Shown here piece by piece: positions 1 through 13,738 of a stretch of DNA of 64,000 nucleotides. This DNA comes from Balamuthia mandrillaris. Lineage: Eukaryota. How positions within the stretch are numbered: position 1 is the first letter of the stretch; every line of letters starts with the position of its first letter. A model generated the notes under the pieces. That model did no database searches, was not told the origin of the DNA, and saw nothing but the letters and a program-made list of their open reading frames with translations. Both the position numbers and the translations under genes were made by a program. The DNA is taken from assembly GCA_031835245.2 (NCBI GenBank), contig JAVKOQ020000023.1:1-64000 (forward strand), in the 5' to 3' direction.

Positions 1-2357
1 TCAGAGACGGTTTTCTTGATTGTAAGCGGATTCGACGATGTAATCGACGCTGATCATTTTGCCGGCGAACCATCGGTGGTTCAATGCCTGCTGCGCTTTC
101 ATCGCCGCCTCCACGGTCTCCATCTTCACGTATACCAAACCCTCCTTTGTTTGAAAAAAAAGTTAGAGGAGAAAAAAGGTTAGAGCAGACGAGCAGAGAT
201 GCGAAGTAATACGTACAGGACTGTCTTTGACAACGCGGACGTGCTTGACTTTGCCAAACTTGGAGCACTCCTCGCCCACATCTTCTTGTATTTCTTGGTC
301 ATAATCAGGTGCTGTCTCTCTGTGTTATTACAAACAGGTGTTGTGAGCAGAAAACGAAAGAAAGAAACGACAAGGGAAAAAAAGAGAGAAAACGTACGTG
401 GCTGGATCAAACATGTTTTTGAGCAAAAGGCAAGTAGTCGGCACAGGCGAAGGCGTTGGCAGAGCTCCAACAGCTGGAGTCACGGTAGCAACGGGCATGG
501 ACATAGCAGGCATGTGCATCGTTGGCAACTGAGGTATGGTCGGCATCATGGAAGAAGAAGAAGAGAAAGAGGAGGAGAAAGAAGATGTTGTGGTGGCGGG
601 AGAAGTAAGACCGGCGCGAGTGCTCAACTTTTGCATTAACAAGCTGCGCCCTTGTGCGTTCAATCCGAGACCTCCTCCCGATTCTATTGTAACGTAGCAG
701 TGAACTTTAGAAAAGAGCGAGGGAAGAGAGATTGAGAGAGAGAAGCGAGAAGGTACCATCTTCGTCGAGATCGCCGATAAAACCAGGAGTCCGTGATTCA
801 GCAATGAAACCTACTTCCAACTTATTAATGGATGAGTGTTAGAAACAATGTAAAGAAAAGAAGAAAGAAGAAGAGGGAGGAAATGGTAGGTACCATTCTA
901 CCGGCTACTTGTAATCTGTTTGTGTGTTGAACAGCGACCTTGGCGTCTTCTGCATCTTTAAATCTTTTCTTCGATTAGTCAAAAAAAAGCGAGGGACAGA
1001 GAAGAACGTACTGCAGGTAAGCGATGCCTTGAGATTGTCCCTGAGCATCCTTTTGCAAATTCACATAACTGAGTGGACCAAATGGTTCAAAAATGGCTTT
1101 CACATCCTCCTCCCTCATAAACGGATGCAAGTTTCCAACGCTCAATCGTATTGCACCAGCTACGTTCAATGCAGCAGAAGAGGAAGAAGAACTTGCTGTA
1201 TAACTCCCTCCTCCACTGCTGGTTGCTACTTTGTTCTTCTCAGCATTGCTGGGCTGAACGTGAACCGGTTGTCCTTTGAGTAAGCTGCCGCTAAGAGCAA
1301 GAGCGGCTTGAGCCGCCGATTGGTCGTAGTACTCGATGTAGCCAAAGCCTTTAGACTTGCCTGTGGGTCGGTCCATGATCAGACGGACGTCTCTAACTTC
1401 GCCGACCTTGCCAAAGAATTCGCGAAGCTCTTTGTCGGTGGCTCGTATGTGCATGTTGGACGCAAAGACCGTTCGAGCGTCTCTCTCTTCATCTTCTGGT
1501 GTTTCTGTAGATATGACAGCTTGGTTAAATGGAAGGAGCAGAGGTGACCAAGAGGAATAACAGAAGAAGAAGAAGAAGAAGAAGAAGAAGAAGAAGAAGA
1601 AGAAGAAGAAGAAGAAGAAGAAGAAGAAGAAGAAGAAGAAGAAGAAGAAGAAGAAGAAGAAGAAGAAGAAGAAGAAGAAGAAGAAGAAGAACAAGAAGAA
1701 GAACAAGAAGAACAAGAAGAACAAGAAGAACAAGAAGAACAAGAACAAGAACAGCAAGCACAACAAGAAAAACAAGCAAGAAGAAGAACAAGAAAAGAAT
1801 ACGAAGAATACAATAACGAACAATACCTTCGGCAGGCTCTTTGTCACGTTCTCGACGACCAGCAGGGCCTCGATCCTCATGCTGCCTGTCCCGGTAGTGA
1901 CGATAATGCCTATCCCGCCCTCCACCATGACGATAAGAGCGAGGCGGAGACCGTCGTGGCGAACGCGATGCTCGCGAACTTCTGTGACTTCCACTTTATT
2001 GTGTGAAAAAAAATGTGAGTGCGGAAACATAATCGAAAGACAAAATAGAGAGGAAGATGGAAGGAAAAAGTGAAGTTGCACGAAAAAAAAACCTTCTTGA
2101 ATGACGATCACGAGATCTTGAACGTGAACTGAGCCAAGAAATAAACGTGAGAAGATGAGATGAGAAAGGAGGAGAAAAAAGAAAAAAAAAGCAAACCTTC
2201 GTTTGCGAGATGTTCGGGAAGGAGTACGCTGATCGTCATCCACAGCAGTTTGGCTCGTTTGTTCTTCGGTTGCCTCTTCCCTCTCTTTTTGTTGTGCCTG
2301 CCTCAACGGGGCTTCCAAAAGGGCATCCACGTCCAACGGAATGAAATCCTCTGCCAT
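1..2357 (-). CDS. RBM39: RBM39/CAPER-like splicing factor (RS region, 2 RRMs, C-terminal UHM), multi-exon
   Basis: Starts MAEDFIPLDVDALLEAP. RRM1 is EERDARTVFASNM...KVGEVRDVRLIMDRPTGKSKGFGYIEY. Linker SGGGLGLNAQGRSLLMQKL. UHM is CLLLKNMFDP...ALNHRWFAGKMISVDY, ending in TGA at 1-3. GT-AG introns. Confidence 0.92.
1562..1800. repeat. (GAA)n microsatellite grading into GAA/CAA, inside an RBM39 intron
   Basis: Direct reading. It is (TTC)n on the transcribed strand. Confidence 0.97.
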
Positions 2358-2720
2358 CTTCGCTACTCTTTTCTCCTCTTTTTCTTTTGGTAAAATAAAA
2401 AAAATTGTTTGCCATGAAGCGGAGTCGAAAACGAGCCTGCTCTCCAAACTAATACCCTACCTCAGATGCTATTATGTTGGTTATAAACGGAAATTGAAAA
2501 ACGGAAAAAATCAAGATGTCAACAACTGGAATCGAAATGGGGGAAAGACACAAAACCTATTAGTTTTGAAGAGGATATTAGGTTGAAAGAGACTAACGGA
2601 AAAGAACAGAGAAAGCAGGAAAAAAAGTAGTCAACAACAAAGAGTACAGTAGAAGCAGTGCTAGACTAGAGGAGGGGGAAAGAAAACCAAACCTTTGCGA
2701 GAGCTTCACCTTCCATCACC

Positions 2721-3676
2721 ATGATCGGTACCATTGCTCTTTCCTGGATTATATTTGCGGCCTGTGTTGTCGTACGTTTTTTTATTTTTTTAAAATTATT
2801 TTTTCGTAGTTTTTTAAAATGTTTTTTTTTCCTCTCTCTACTTAATTTCAAACAAAATCAAATGCCATTTCTTTTTTTTAAAACAAAAAAACCTCCCCTC
2901 ACCCCCTTTCTCACATCTTTTGTTTTTTTCGTTTGCTTGTTGTTGCATTGTCGTAGGCACTTACCATCCTCAATTGGTTCGTGGTGCGCTTCCTCTCCGA
3001 CACTCGGCTCAGCCGCTTCGCCCAGGAGCGCAAGGACAAGAGGCTGCCCGAGCTGGTCACCACGTTGGGCCTGACGGTCACCATCGTGGCCATCTTCCTC
3101 ATCCCCGTCGACATTTACAGCGTCTCCGACGCGGCCGGCCTCTCCCATGACGCCCACGCCCACCTCAGCGAGGCCGTCAAGGTGCTCTACTACGTGCTCT
3201 ACGCCACCATCCTCGTCTTTGTCTTTGTCATCATTCCCTTCACCTATTTCTTTTACGAAGGTTTGTTTTCACCTTTGATGTTTTTGTTGTCCTTTTGGTG
3301 TTTGTTTTCGCTTTTGTTTATTTAGTATGTTGTTGCTCTTCTTCTGTCGTGTTGTGGCTGTCGTTGAGTTGGTTGCTTTTGTTTGTATCACGCCTTTGTG
3401 TTGTGGTTTGTTTGTGCTCTTGTTTTCGTGTTATGAGTATTATTCACCTGGTTATTGCAGAGGTGGGAGAAGATGTCACGTGCGGTGGCAGAGTGTTTGC
3501 CGGCTGCAAGTACACCATATTTCTGGTGTTGGTGGTGGTGGTCCTTTTGATCGTTGGTATCTTCGTGTCGGGCTCACCTCCTGATACCAAGAACAAGGAC
3601 TACAAGAAGTATGTCGAGGACGTCCTTGACACTGAAAATAGTTCCGTACTCCTTTTTTTCTTCTTGAATCTCGCTC

Positions 3677-3710
<34 letters not shown>

Positions 3711-5286
3711 CTTGTCGATTTGCATGTGTGAAGTGGCTAACAAAGCTATCATACATTACTACAGAGGGAGAAGCTTCCATTAACTTTGCATTTGCCTGTG
3801 GCGCTATGTTGGGTTATGTCATCGTGCTTACTTACACTGTACGTTTCCTTACTTTGCACCAAACTCCTCTCTCTCTCTCATTTTTCAAACAATAGTTTCT
3901 TCTTTACTTCTTTGGTCTTCTTTCGGTTTAATTTATGGTTGCTTAACACAAAAAAAGGCGTATGGCTTGTCAGCTTTCCCTCTGAGCTGGATCAAGGGCA
4001 AGCGCAACCTCAAAGAGGAGGCGGCGGACGTGGAGTCCTCTCTTGCCATCACAAGAGAGAAGCGCAGGGCCGTCAGCTCTCGCTATCTCAGCCAAGAGAG
4101 GCGCGTCTCAAGCCGAGACGAGGCTACCATCAGCCTCCTCAACGAGCAAGAACGCGTCCTCACTACCAAGCAACAAAAGTTGGCAGCAGCGAACGGCTGT
4201 TGGGGACGTTTTCTCCGCTTGCTCGCCCCCTTCCGCTTTCTGTTAGGCATCTTCTTCTTCCTCGTGACACTGCTCTTCATGATCTCCCTCATCCTCACCA
4301 ACATTGACAAGATCCTTCACTCGGAGTGCGGCGCCAAGTGCGGCTATGCCTTGACTCAGCCCAAGAAATGGAATCCTCTTGATACTTGTCTCGTCCTTCT
4401 CTCCAAGGTACTATCTATTTTATTTTTTTTAAACATTGTCAGGTCTTCAAGTTCTCATTTCTATTTGTTATTTTGAAACAGTACTTCCCGTTGGACTATG
4501 CTCTGGTGGCGCTTGGCATTCTTTACTTTTACTTTGTGACCCTTTCAGGCATCAGTCACATCGGCATTCGTGTTCTTTGGATCAAGGTCTATATTATTTT
4601 TATCCCGTTTCTTATCCAAATATGAACTAACTCCTTTATCTTTCTCGTCCTTTCTTGCTTTCTTTCCTTGCTGTCTTCTTTCCTTCATGTTCTTGTTCTT
4701 TCTTTCTCCCTCCAAACAGTTATATAAAGTGAAAGCCAGAGCCACAAAGCCACAAGGCCTCCTCATTGCCACCATCATGATGATGTTTGCTCTCCTGGCC
4801 TTCAACATGCTTGCCATGACTTTAGCTCCCCAATACGTCAGCTACGGCTACCAGACCTACAAAGTCACCAACACAACTACCATACAATCCGCAGAAATTG
4901 CTGCTCTGGAAGAAGACCTTCGAGATGCTCTCTCTTCTGTCTCTTCCGCCGCTTCTTCCGCCGCTTCTTCCGCTTCCGCTTCTTCTCAGCATTCCGCTTC
5001 TTCTTCTTCTTCCGGGGGAGGAACGATAACACATACAGAAACCAAGACGTGCGATTTGAGTTCTCCTCCAGAGGAATGCCACATGACACAACTGGCCACG
5101 GTCTTCAATAGGATCACCATGAAGATCAGCTTCTTCGGATTGGTCTTTTATTATGCCATTTGGTTGTTTGTGGCGTTCTTCTTGTTGGGCCTGGTCATCG
5201 CCTTGCTGAGGAAGCGAGCGTCGAATGCCACTGTGGACAGCTCGGATGAGGAGGACGAGTCGGATGATGATGATTTGAGAAGATAA
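2721..5286 (+). CDS. LMBRD1: LMBR1-family membrane protein, lysosomal cobalamin escort LMBD1-like, about 7 exons
   Basis: IFLIPVDIY; YVLYATILVFVFVIIPFTYFFYE; AYGLSAFPLSWIKG; ILTNIDKILHSECG..CGY; FPLDY; LAPQYVSYGYQTY; C-terminal acidic DDDDLRR. Confidence 0.85.
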
Positions 5287-5498
5287 GCAGCCCACCTACC
5301 ACATCACCGTTCGTTTTGTCTCCTCAATCTTTCTTGCTTTCTTTCGTTTACACTTAGTTATTAGTACTTATTTCTTCCGTTCCTTTTATTTTTATTTTTA
5401 GATGAGTGTACAGCCGTTTTTCTTTCTTTCTTTAGGTCTTTAGTTCTTTCATTTTTATAAACTTTTAAGTACACACTTTCTCGTGCTCTTTTTCTCTC

Positions 5499-5533
<35 letters not shown>

Positions 5534-5537
5534 CACA

Positions 5538-7673
5538 TTAAGAGAGGGCACGCACAAGTCCCATTGTTGAAATGGCATCCCCAAGACCCACCTAACACCA
5601 TGCAACAAAGAACAACAGTCAGCAAAAAAAACTATTCTTCTCTCTCTCTCTTCTACATACCGTCTTCGAGGGATGCTTGCACACCAACACAGGAGCAAGG
5701 TAAAACTCTATCCCCCCATCGCTCCAACTGGTCACCCCGAGGCTGCCGTTCACTTGTATCTCATGCGAAGAAGAGCCACGCAACGGCTTGACGGACTGCG
5801 GAGGGAGAAGAACGTGGGCGGCTTGCAAGGATTGTGCGTCGTCGAGATCGACGCCGCAAGCCTGTTTGGAGGCGGCCAAACTTCCAGCAGCCACGGACGC
5901 CTCTCCGCCATTCTTCCACAACGTGCACTCCTTCTTTTGCTTCTTCTCTTGTTCATCAACTACTTCTTTACAATGATGCTGAGGAAGCTTTCGAATGGCC
6001 ACAATGTGAAAGTGCAGGCTATGAAAGTGGATTCTCGTCAATCCAACTTCTTCCTCTTCTTCTACTTCTGAATTCTTGCTTCTCCTCATCTGTTGTTCTG
6101 CTTGGATCCACCGAAACAGCGAATGGATTCCATCCACAACCGTTTGTACATCCGGCGAGACAAACGCTGAAAGAGAAGGAGGAGATGGCTGCAACAACGC
6201 ATTCGAAGCAGAAGTGGAAGAAGACAAAGCGAAGAGAAGAGAGCCCAATTCTTGCTCGTTCAGACCTAAACTATCCACCCACGTCGGCAACAAGAGAGCA
6301 GCCAAACGAGACAAGAAGCGAGAGTCCGCGATGGAGGCCAGCTCCAAATGAATCGCTGGTCGTTCGGTCATCGTCGCAAACTTGTTCCTCCTTGATGCCA
6401 ACTCTTTCATCTCCTCCGCCACTTTATGCAGCCGCAAAATTCCTTTATCCACTTCCTTCTCTTCTTTACTCCTTTCCTCGGTGGAGTCGTTTTCCTTCTC
6501 TTCGCCATCGCTGAGAAGATGAAGACCCGCCAACACGAGAAGATCGGGATGAAAGTCGGGCAAGGCGGCGTGCAGCTCCTCTAAACCAGAGAGCATCGAG
6601 TTGCGTTCATCATGGACAAGTATGAAACGATTCGCTCTCGGTGCTTTCATCGAAGACGAAGAAGTCGGCCACAGTTCTCCTTTGCTGTATTCCAGAATGA
6701 GATGAACTTCATCATCTCCATCAACAGCAGAAGAAGAACGAGAGGAGGAAGAAGGGTAGGAAATGCGAGAGTCGAGGAGAGAGGCCAAGCGACTGCCAAC
6801 GGGACCGCCCAAGAGAACGACATTACCCTCCGCGGCGAAGCGTTGGGCCATCAAAGCGGCGTTCCCACCGGGAGAGAAAATGGCCGTAGGCGAGGAGGAC
6901 GCTGCCGCGACGACCTGTTGGAACTCCCTCTTGTCTTCCATCCATCTCTCTGCAGCACTTTGGTTTTTGGTGTAAGAAGCAGAACAAGCAGCAGCAGCAG
7001 CAGAAGAAGAAGAACAAGAAGAACAAGAAGAAGAAGAAGAAGAAGAAGAACAAGAAGAAGAACAAGAAGAAGAACAAGAAGAAGAAGAAGAAAAAGAAGA
7101 AGAACAAGAAGCAGAAGACGAAGAACAAGAAGAAGAAGAAGAACAAGAAGAAGAAGAAGAAGAAGAACAAGAACAAGAACGAAGAACGAAGAAGCACAAG
7201 AACAACAGCTAGAACGAAACAATAAATAGAGGAATAGTGGACAGTCGAGGAAGTAGCAAGAATGCAAACCTTCCTTGAGTAAAGAAGTGGGCCAATGCTT
7301 GTTGGAAGGCCACCAAAGAGGAAATCTTGGCATGAGGCTGTGGCTTCAGTTCCTCCACGTCTTGTTGTGGCGCCTCACCCACAATGGAGCGCACGACCTC
7401 CGTGGCCCTGGCCACCAGGTCCAGGTTGGCGTTGTATCCCAAGGCAACACGAAGAGGAGGGCGACGTTCTGCTTCTTGTAGGTGAGCAGATTTTCTCTGG
7501 ACCGCATTCACTAATCCCACCAGCAATCTTTGGGCATTGATGTGTTCCCCTTCGTCGAGGTTGGTGGAACGTTTCGCAAGGAAGGTGTCCTCGAGGTGCA
7601 AGTAGTACCCTGCGAGGAAGGCCACCACGATGGGCGCCACCACCAACACGAACAGCACCCACGTTACCTTCAT
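5538..7673 (-). CDS. ADPGK: ADP-dependent glucokinase with N-terminal membrane anchor, 3 exons
   Basis: LGYNANLDL; GGNAALMAQRF; EVHLILEYSKGE; APRANRFI; HLELAS; DSLGLNEQEL; RIHFHSL; PVLVCKHPSKT, intron, then VGLGDAIS (catalytic GxGD). Stop at 5538-5540. Confidence 0.92.
6975..7205. repeat. Compound GAA/CAA/GCA microsatellite in ADPGK intron 1
   Basis: Direct reading. Pyrimidine-rich on the sense strand. Confidence 0.95.
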
Positions 7674-7702
7674 CTTTCGCCTTGTCTCACCAGTCCTCTT
7701 AC

Positions 7703-7773
7703 TTCATGTCGACATGAATAATAAAGTGTTTGATGTCGACAAATGATTATGTCGACAAATAATTTACGTCGAC
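7703..7773. promoter_or_regulatory. Cluster of four GTCGAC motifs in the ADPGK/GTF3C5 bidirectional promoter
   Basis: GTCGAC at 7708, 7735, 7751 and 7768. The first lies within a perfect 16-bp palindrome, TTCATGTCGACATGAA. Confidence 0.55.
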
Positions 7774-7855
7774 TTTAACGGCTATTTTATGAGGAGTCGT
7801 TTCAAGGGACTTGAAATAAATTCGAAAAAAATAACAAAAGATTAAAAAAAAATAA

Positions 7856-10166
7856 ATGGAAGAATCAAGTGCCACACAGGTCCTCTCTGGTGATCTGGAA
7901 GAGTGTCCGCGGCTCGTTTGCGTGGAGTATCCGGGTTATCTGGGCGGCACCGCCAGCATCGGCAAAGTCATCGATACGTTGGGCGGCTCACAAGAGTTAA
8001 ACAAAGTACTTTATCATTTTTTTTGTACCCTTTTCTTTTTGATTGGAACTGATGAGAGATTCACTCCAACGAAAGACTTTGAGGGAGAAATCCAAGTTCT
8101 TGAAACTTCGTTTTCGTCCGGAGGATCCGTTTTGTCACCCCATCTTTGCCGATCACGCTCTCTCCTCCAATCTGCTGCTCAAAGTGACGCGCACCACGAG
8201 AAGAAAGAGGAAGAGCGACAGCAAGAAGAGAAGAGAGCAGGAAGAAGTTGCGGGAGGGGGCCACCCCCATGAGGAGCAGAGCTTTCGAGCAGAAGTGGTG
8301 GGCACGGTGACGGCTGCCTACCGGTTCAATGGCATGGCTGACTACCAGTACCTGCCTCCTCCTGCCGCCGTTTATCGCGAGCGCAAAACGGGCATTCATC
8401 TATTAGATGGTATGTTTGCGATTGTTTGTACACATATGTGTGTTTGTGTTGGGCTGTAAGTGTAAAGGTTTTCAGCTCAAACCGTCGGTGATATTGTCAA
8501 ATAGGTGGTCCAGAGGAATTGTACCTTCCACCAGTCCTTTTTGCTCGGGTGGATAGACCGCACGACTACCAGTATAGGGCTAATCCTGCTGCCAAGTCCT
8601 CCAAAGACAAGGCCAAGCGAAATGCTGCCAATACGCTTGTTACTACCATCTCATGGACAGACCGTAATTTCTCTCTATATCTCGTCTTTGCTCCTTTGTT
8701 TTATTTTTATTCTCATTGAGTTAACGCGACGGAATGATGGTTACCACATGCAGCAACGCCCCCAGAACTTCCTGAGGTGCAACAGGATCCAGATGAAACG
8801 GTGCAAGCTTTGCTCGCCTTGTTCAAAGAACGACCGATATGGGTAATGGCAGCGTTGAAAGCAAATTTACCATCATCTCACTGGCCAAAGTTAAAACGGT
8901 ATCCTCTCCATTTCTTTTATCTCTTTACTTCCTTCATGATTATGTTTTAATTCGTTCATTGGGTTTCATGCATAGTGCTTTGATACTAGTTAGTTATCAC
9001 TTTGCCAAAGGCCCTTGGCTTCGTGCACGTATTCGTCGTGGTTATGATCCTCGTAAACGAGAGAACATATCATCCAGAATGTACGTATCTCCTCTTCTTA
9101 ACTTTAGTAAACTCATTTACTTATTTCTTTACAATCAGGTACCAGGTGGTAGACTTTCGAGTTGATTCGGAGCTGCATACCAAGATCAGTAAGTTTTCCA
9201 GAGGTCGAAGAGGCAAAGGCCCCACTCCTGTTCGTAAACATAAAGACTTGGCTAGAGACATGATCAACATGTTCAATGAAGAAAAAGAAGTGTAAGTTTT
9301 TATTTTCTCGTCGTCTCATTACCTCCTTCTTGCCGTTGCTTGTCCTTTCTTCTTCCCATGTTCTTGCTCCCTTTCACTCTTTTTAAAACTTCTTTCTTCT
9401 CTTCATGTTAAATTCGGTGTGGTTTCAGTTCAGAGGAAGAGGAAGGTTTGGCAAAATTGGAGTATAGATTTCTGGTGCCGCCCCTCCAAAGACAAACTAG
9501 CTATCAGCTGTGCGACATTGAGGATGAAGACGTGCAAGAGTTGCTGAAAACGGAACCTTGCAATCGAGAACCTGATGTTTGTATTCTCTTCTTTCTTCTT
9601 TCTTCTTTCTTTACTAACACAAACCAGAGTAAGTACGGTTGGTTCTCCAAGTTAACTCTGGACAGCATTCGTTACACAATGCAACAAAAGCTGCTGCGGC
9701 TAGCAAACGATGCGGAGAAATCTGCAGCCAAAGACGGAACAGGACGTCCTCAACGTTTGCTCCGGCTGAGACCAGCTTCAGCTTCAGCTGCAACCTTAAA
9801 CAGAAACTGGCCGGAAGCAACGATTGTGGATCATAGTTCACCAACGAGCAGTAAGGAGAAAGAGAAGGAAAAAGAGGAAGAAAAGCAGCACGATGATGTT
9901 GATGGTTTGCCTTTGCTTTTTTTCTCTCTTTTCTTATTTTTTTCTTAATTATTTTCTCTCTTTATTTTGCAGACACAGAAGAGAGATTACGACTTTTGAG
10001 AGGAATTCTAACGGGCGAGAGCATGGTCGATCCCTTCGACATCCTGGAGGAGGATGAAGAGGAAGAAGACGAAGAAGACGATGACGAAGAAGGAGAAGAG
10101 GATGCCGACGAAGAAGACGACGACGACGAGGAGAGCGAAGAGGAAGAGGAAGAGGAAGAGGCATGA
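7856..10166 (+). CDS. GTF3C5: Transcription factor IIIC subunit 5 (Tfc1/tau95), multi-exon
   Basis: LVCVEYPG; TLGG; LRFRPEDPFCHPI; SNLLLKV; YRFNGMADYQY; LYLPP..F; F.ERPIW; GPW...RRGYDPRK; YQVVDFRV; YQLCDI; GWF; acidic C-terminal tail. Confidence 0.9.
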
Positions 10167-10376
10167 ATGTCGACAGAAACGAAAAGGTCGACAAAAAATA
10201 GGCCTTTGCTGTAATTTTTCTCTTAATAATTTTTTTTCATGGCCTCCGCGAAAATTTTTGGCACTCGCTTTTTTTTTTATATTGGGAGTGAGGGTCTTTA
10301 CGTTTCTCCCCCTTTTTTTTTTTGGGTTTTTTTTTGGTGCCGCGTACCAAAGACAAAACCGATTCACACACACATC

Positions 10377-10876
10377 ATGTCGGAAGAGGAGTTGGACACA
10401 GTAAAGCTCATCAGCGCGGACGGCCATGAGTTTGTTGTGGACCGAAAGGCCGCCATGGTCTCGGGGACCATCAAATCCATGTTGAGTGGTCCAGGTTTGT
10501 TTATATTTATTATTTTTTTTTTTTTGTTTTTTAAAAAAACCCTCTTTTCTCACCGTCAAAAACGCTGCGTTGTTGTTCACGTTCCAAAGGTACCTTTACG
10601 GAACAGGCTCTTGGAGAGATCAACTTTAGGGAGATCTCTACGCCTATCCTCGAAAAAGTCATCCAGTACTTCTACTACAAGCTCCGCTATACCAATTCTA
10701 CCTCTGAAATTCCTGGTACGTGCTTTGTCTTTGTTTTGTTTGGCTTCTCTTGCTGCATGCATGATGCTGGATTCTGACGTTGCCATTTATTTATGGACAA
10801 AAAAAAAACAGAGTTTCCAATCGAACCCGAGATTGCACTGGAGCTTTTGATGGCTGCCAACTTTCTCGACACGTAA
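10377..10876 (+). CDS. ELOC: Elongin C, 3 exons
   Basis: [32 protein letters not shown]...[51 protein letters not shown]. Confidence 0.96.
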
Positions 10877-11153
10877 ACGACCCAACAACCAACAAACAAA
10901 AAACCAATAGTTCTCTCTTCCTTGTCGTCGTTGCTGCCACAACCACCGCCGGCAGCGAAGACTCTTTGAGTGGGGTTTTCTCCTCTCTTTCTCTGTTTTG
11001 TGCTATCTATTTCTCCCTCGTATGTTTCTCATTAAACATACACACTACAAAAGCCAACTCTTTTTTGTTTGTTTCAACCTCTCTTTTTTTTATAACACAC
11101 ACTTCAAACCATTACAAAACCAAACAGAAGACTTTGCCTACAAGGCATGGCCT

Positions 11154-13738
11154 TCATTCCTGTTGTTGCCCCTCTTCTCCTTGCTGCAAATGCTGCGGCG
11201 CCGTCTCATCACACCCACCCTCGCCACCACCGCTCACCCCCAAGGCCGCCATGAGCTGCTCGCAAATCTGCAAGAGCTCCCTGTTCTCCCTGGTCCTCAT
11301 CTCCACCTCCGCCACCAGCGAGGCCTGCTTGCTCTCCAGCAGCTTGGCCCTGGCGGAGAGGGCGGCTTCCCGCTTGGCGTGCTCCATTTTTGTCGACTCC
11401 AAGCGTTCGGCAAGACCCCTCAGCTTATCCTCCGCGCGACCCCTCAGACTCTCGTATTTGGACCCCCAGGCAGCGCACTCCTGGTGCGGCCTGGTGCGCC
11501 TCCGCCAGGGACCGCTTGAGCGCCTCCTCGTTGGCCCTAAAGTTTTGGTTGATGCCCTTGAGCTGCTGGTAGCGGCCTTTGAGGTCGGTGAAGGCGGCGG
11601 CCATGGCCTCCGCCTCGCCCTTCAGCTTGCCGTTCTCCTCCTCGAGGTAGAGCCGCAGGGCGTGCTCCCGGTGGTACTGGGCCTTCTCCTCGGCCAGCAC
11701 AATCTCAAAGGCCTTCTCGTACTCGGCGATGACGCCCTCCAGCCGCTCGCGCTCCGCCTGCTCCGCCTGCCATTGTTGTCGGTAGAGGATCACTTCGCCT
11801 CTCAACTCCTTTTGTTGCCAAGTTAGAACGTGAAGAGGAGCGGAGAGGAGTGGAGAAAAGCGCAGAGACAGAAAAGAGAGGAACCTTTTCGATGGCAGAG
11901 GGTGTTGTGTTGAGTGCAACAGGGCTGCTGTGGGGGTGATCCACCGCAACAACAGCAGCAGTGCGAGCGGCAGGGGGAGGAGTGCATGGGATGATCCAGT
12001 CTTCCTCGTCATCCTCAACCACCTTGTCGTCGTCACCCTCGGCAACAGCCACAAAGGCGGCGCCGCTTGTGGAGGACCTTCTTCTCAGGCTGATTCGTCG
12101 CTTGTTGGTAGAAGAGGAGGTCTTTGTAGGGGTCAACAAAGCTTGAATGTTGGCAACGACTGAGCAGGCCGCTGCAGTTGCTTCTTTTTGGACGTCTTCT
12201 TCCACTTTGCTAAGCACCTCCTCCTCTTCTTTCTGTAACACCTGTTTGATGGAAGGAGAAGAAGGCAAAGTTGCAGAAAGGCGTTCGACGGCATCTACAA
12301 CGGTCGGTTCTTGTTCGGTTTGCTTTTCATCCTCATCACCGAGAAGGCGAGCAGAAGATGGCAACGGAGGTTGTTCTTTCTTGGGGAATGGAGATGAAGT
12401 AATTGCAGCTTCTTTCTCTTGAACAACTTCGTTTTGTGATTGCTGTTGCTGTGCTGATGGAGACGATGGAACATCAATCGACATGCGAGACTGTAACTCC
12501 TCTTCTTGGTGTTCGTTCATCGCTGTGTTGGTAACACTCGTCGTCAATGTCAGCTCTACCAAAGGTTCTTGCTTCTTGCTTTCATCTTCCGTTGCCTCAC
12601 TCTCTTTGTTCGGCGCCTGTTCCTTCTCTTCTGTTCTTATCGCAGGCTCGTCTTCCAAAGACACGGATGCAGAAGTGGAAGTGGAAGAAGGAGAAACAAC
12701 TTCGTCTCTCTTGATAATAGGAGAAGAAGGCTGAGGAGCAACTGAGGTGGTAGTCCCTTGTTCCTGTTGATTCATAGCCATTTCCAAACGTTTCTTCTCC
12801 TCCCGGGCGGCCTTCAGCTTCTCCAGGTGTCGTCCAGGCACAAACGGTTTGGCCCTCGTCTTCTTGGGAGGTCCCATGTCGCTAAAGTCAAATGTGATGC
12901 AGTCTGTCTTTGTGGACTGTTGCTGTTTCTCCACTCCCACTGATTCCACGTCTTCCTTCTTCAAGACCTCTTCATCCGTCTTGACCTCTGTTTCTTCTTC
13001 TTCCTGTTTCTCAACCTGTTGTTCTACTTTCTTCTCGGCGAGTGGTGGTTGTTCTTTTTCTGCTTCTTGTTTGGGAGCAGTGTTAGCTTCCACCAACTGG
13101 AGAGAAGCAGCAGCGGAGAGAGAAGCCCTCTGCTTGATCAATCCCATCGACTTCTTCCAGTTGTTGAGACGTTCGGAAAAGGCCTGCACTTGCGAGGCAT
13201 TCTTCTCCAGGTCATGATCCAAAAAGCTGGCAGCAGAAGAAGATAAGGAGGAAGAAGCAACAGCGGCAACGCTGTTTGTTGTTGGTGCTTTGTTCTCCTT
13301 TTGCTGGTCTTCTTCGTTTTCTTCTCTCAAGGAGGAAGAAGAAAGAGAGATGGAGAGGCGGTTTGACTTTTTGGGCGGAGTTGGGTCGCGAGGTTTGAAG
13401 GTCACCTCGTCATCTTCGTCCTCGTCCTCGTCGTCCTCATCAATGGCTACATCGTTGTAAACAGAAGTAGAAGAGGAGGAAGAACGGAAGGATTCAAGAT
13501 GGAGAGAAGAAGGAGGGAGAGTCTTTGGATGAAGGGGAGACAAAGTAGAGGTGGCTTGTTTTTTAAGCGGAGAGGAAGGGGAGGAAGGCAACGGAACCTT
13601 TGCTGCCATAAGCTGTTGCTGCTGCGACTCCTGCTCAGCAAGAGCAAAGGGAGAGGCAACCGACAAAGGAGAGTTTCTTTGTTGCAAAGGTTTCCGCAGG
13701 GTAGGAATCGGAGGTGAATAGGGCTCTTCCTGCATCAT
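11154..13738 (-). CDS. TACC: TACC-domain (transforming acidic coiled-coil) protein, with an apparent frameshift at 11481-11500
   Basis: Long acidic S/P-rich region, an intron at about 11808-11884, then a coiled coil AFTDLKGRYQQLKGINQNFRANEEALK...KYESLRGRAEDKL...RTRENRELLQICEQLM that matches the TACC C-terminal pattern. Confidence 0.75.

Noticed and set aside
1379..1816. Poly-Arg/Ser/Leu/Phe ORFs (also 6612-7333, 26098-26666, 34325-35135)
   Set aside because: They are translations of intronic microsatellites.
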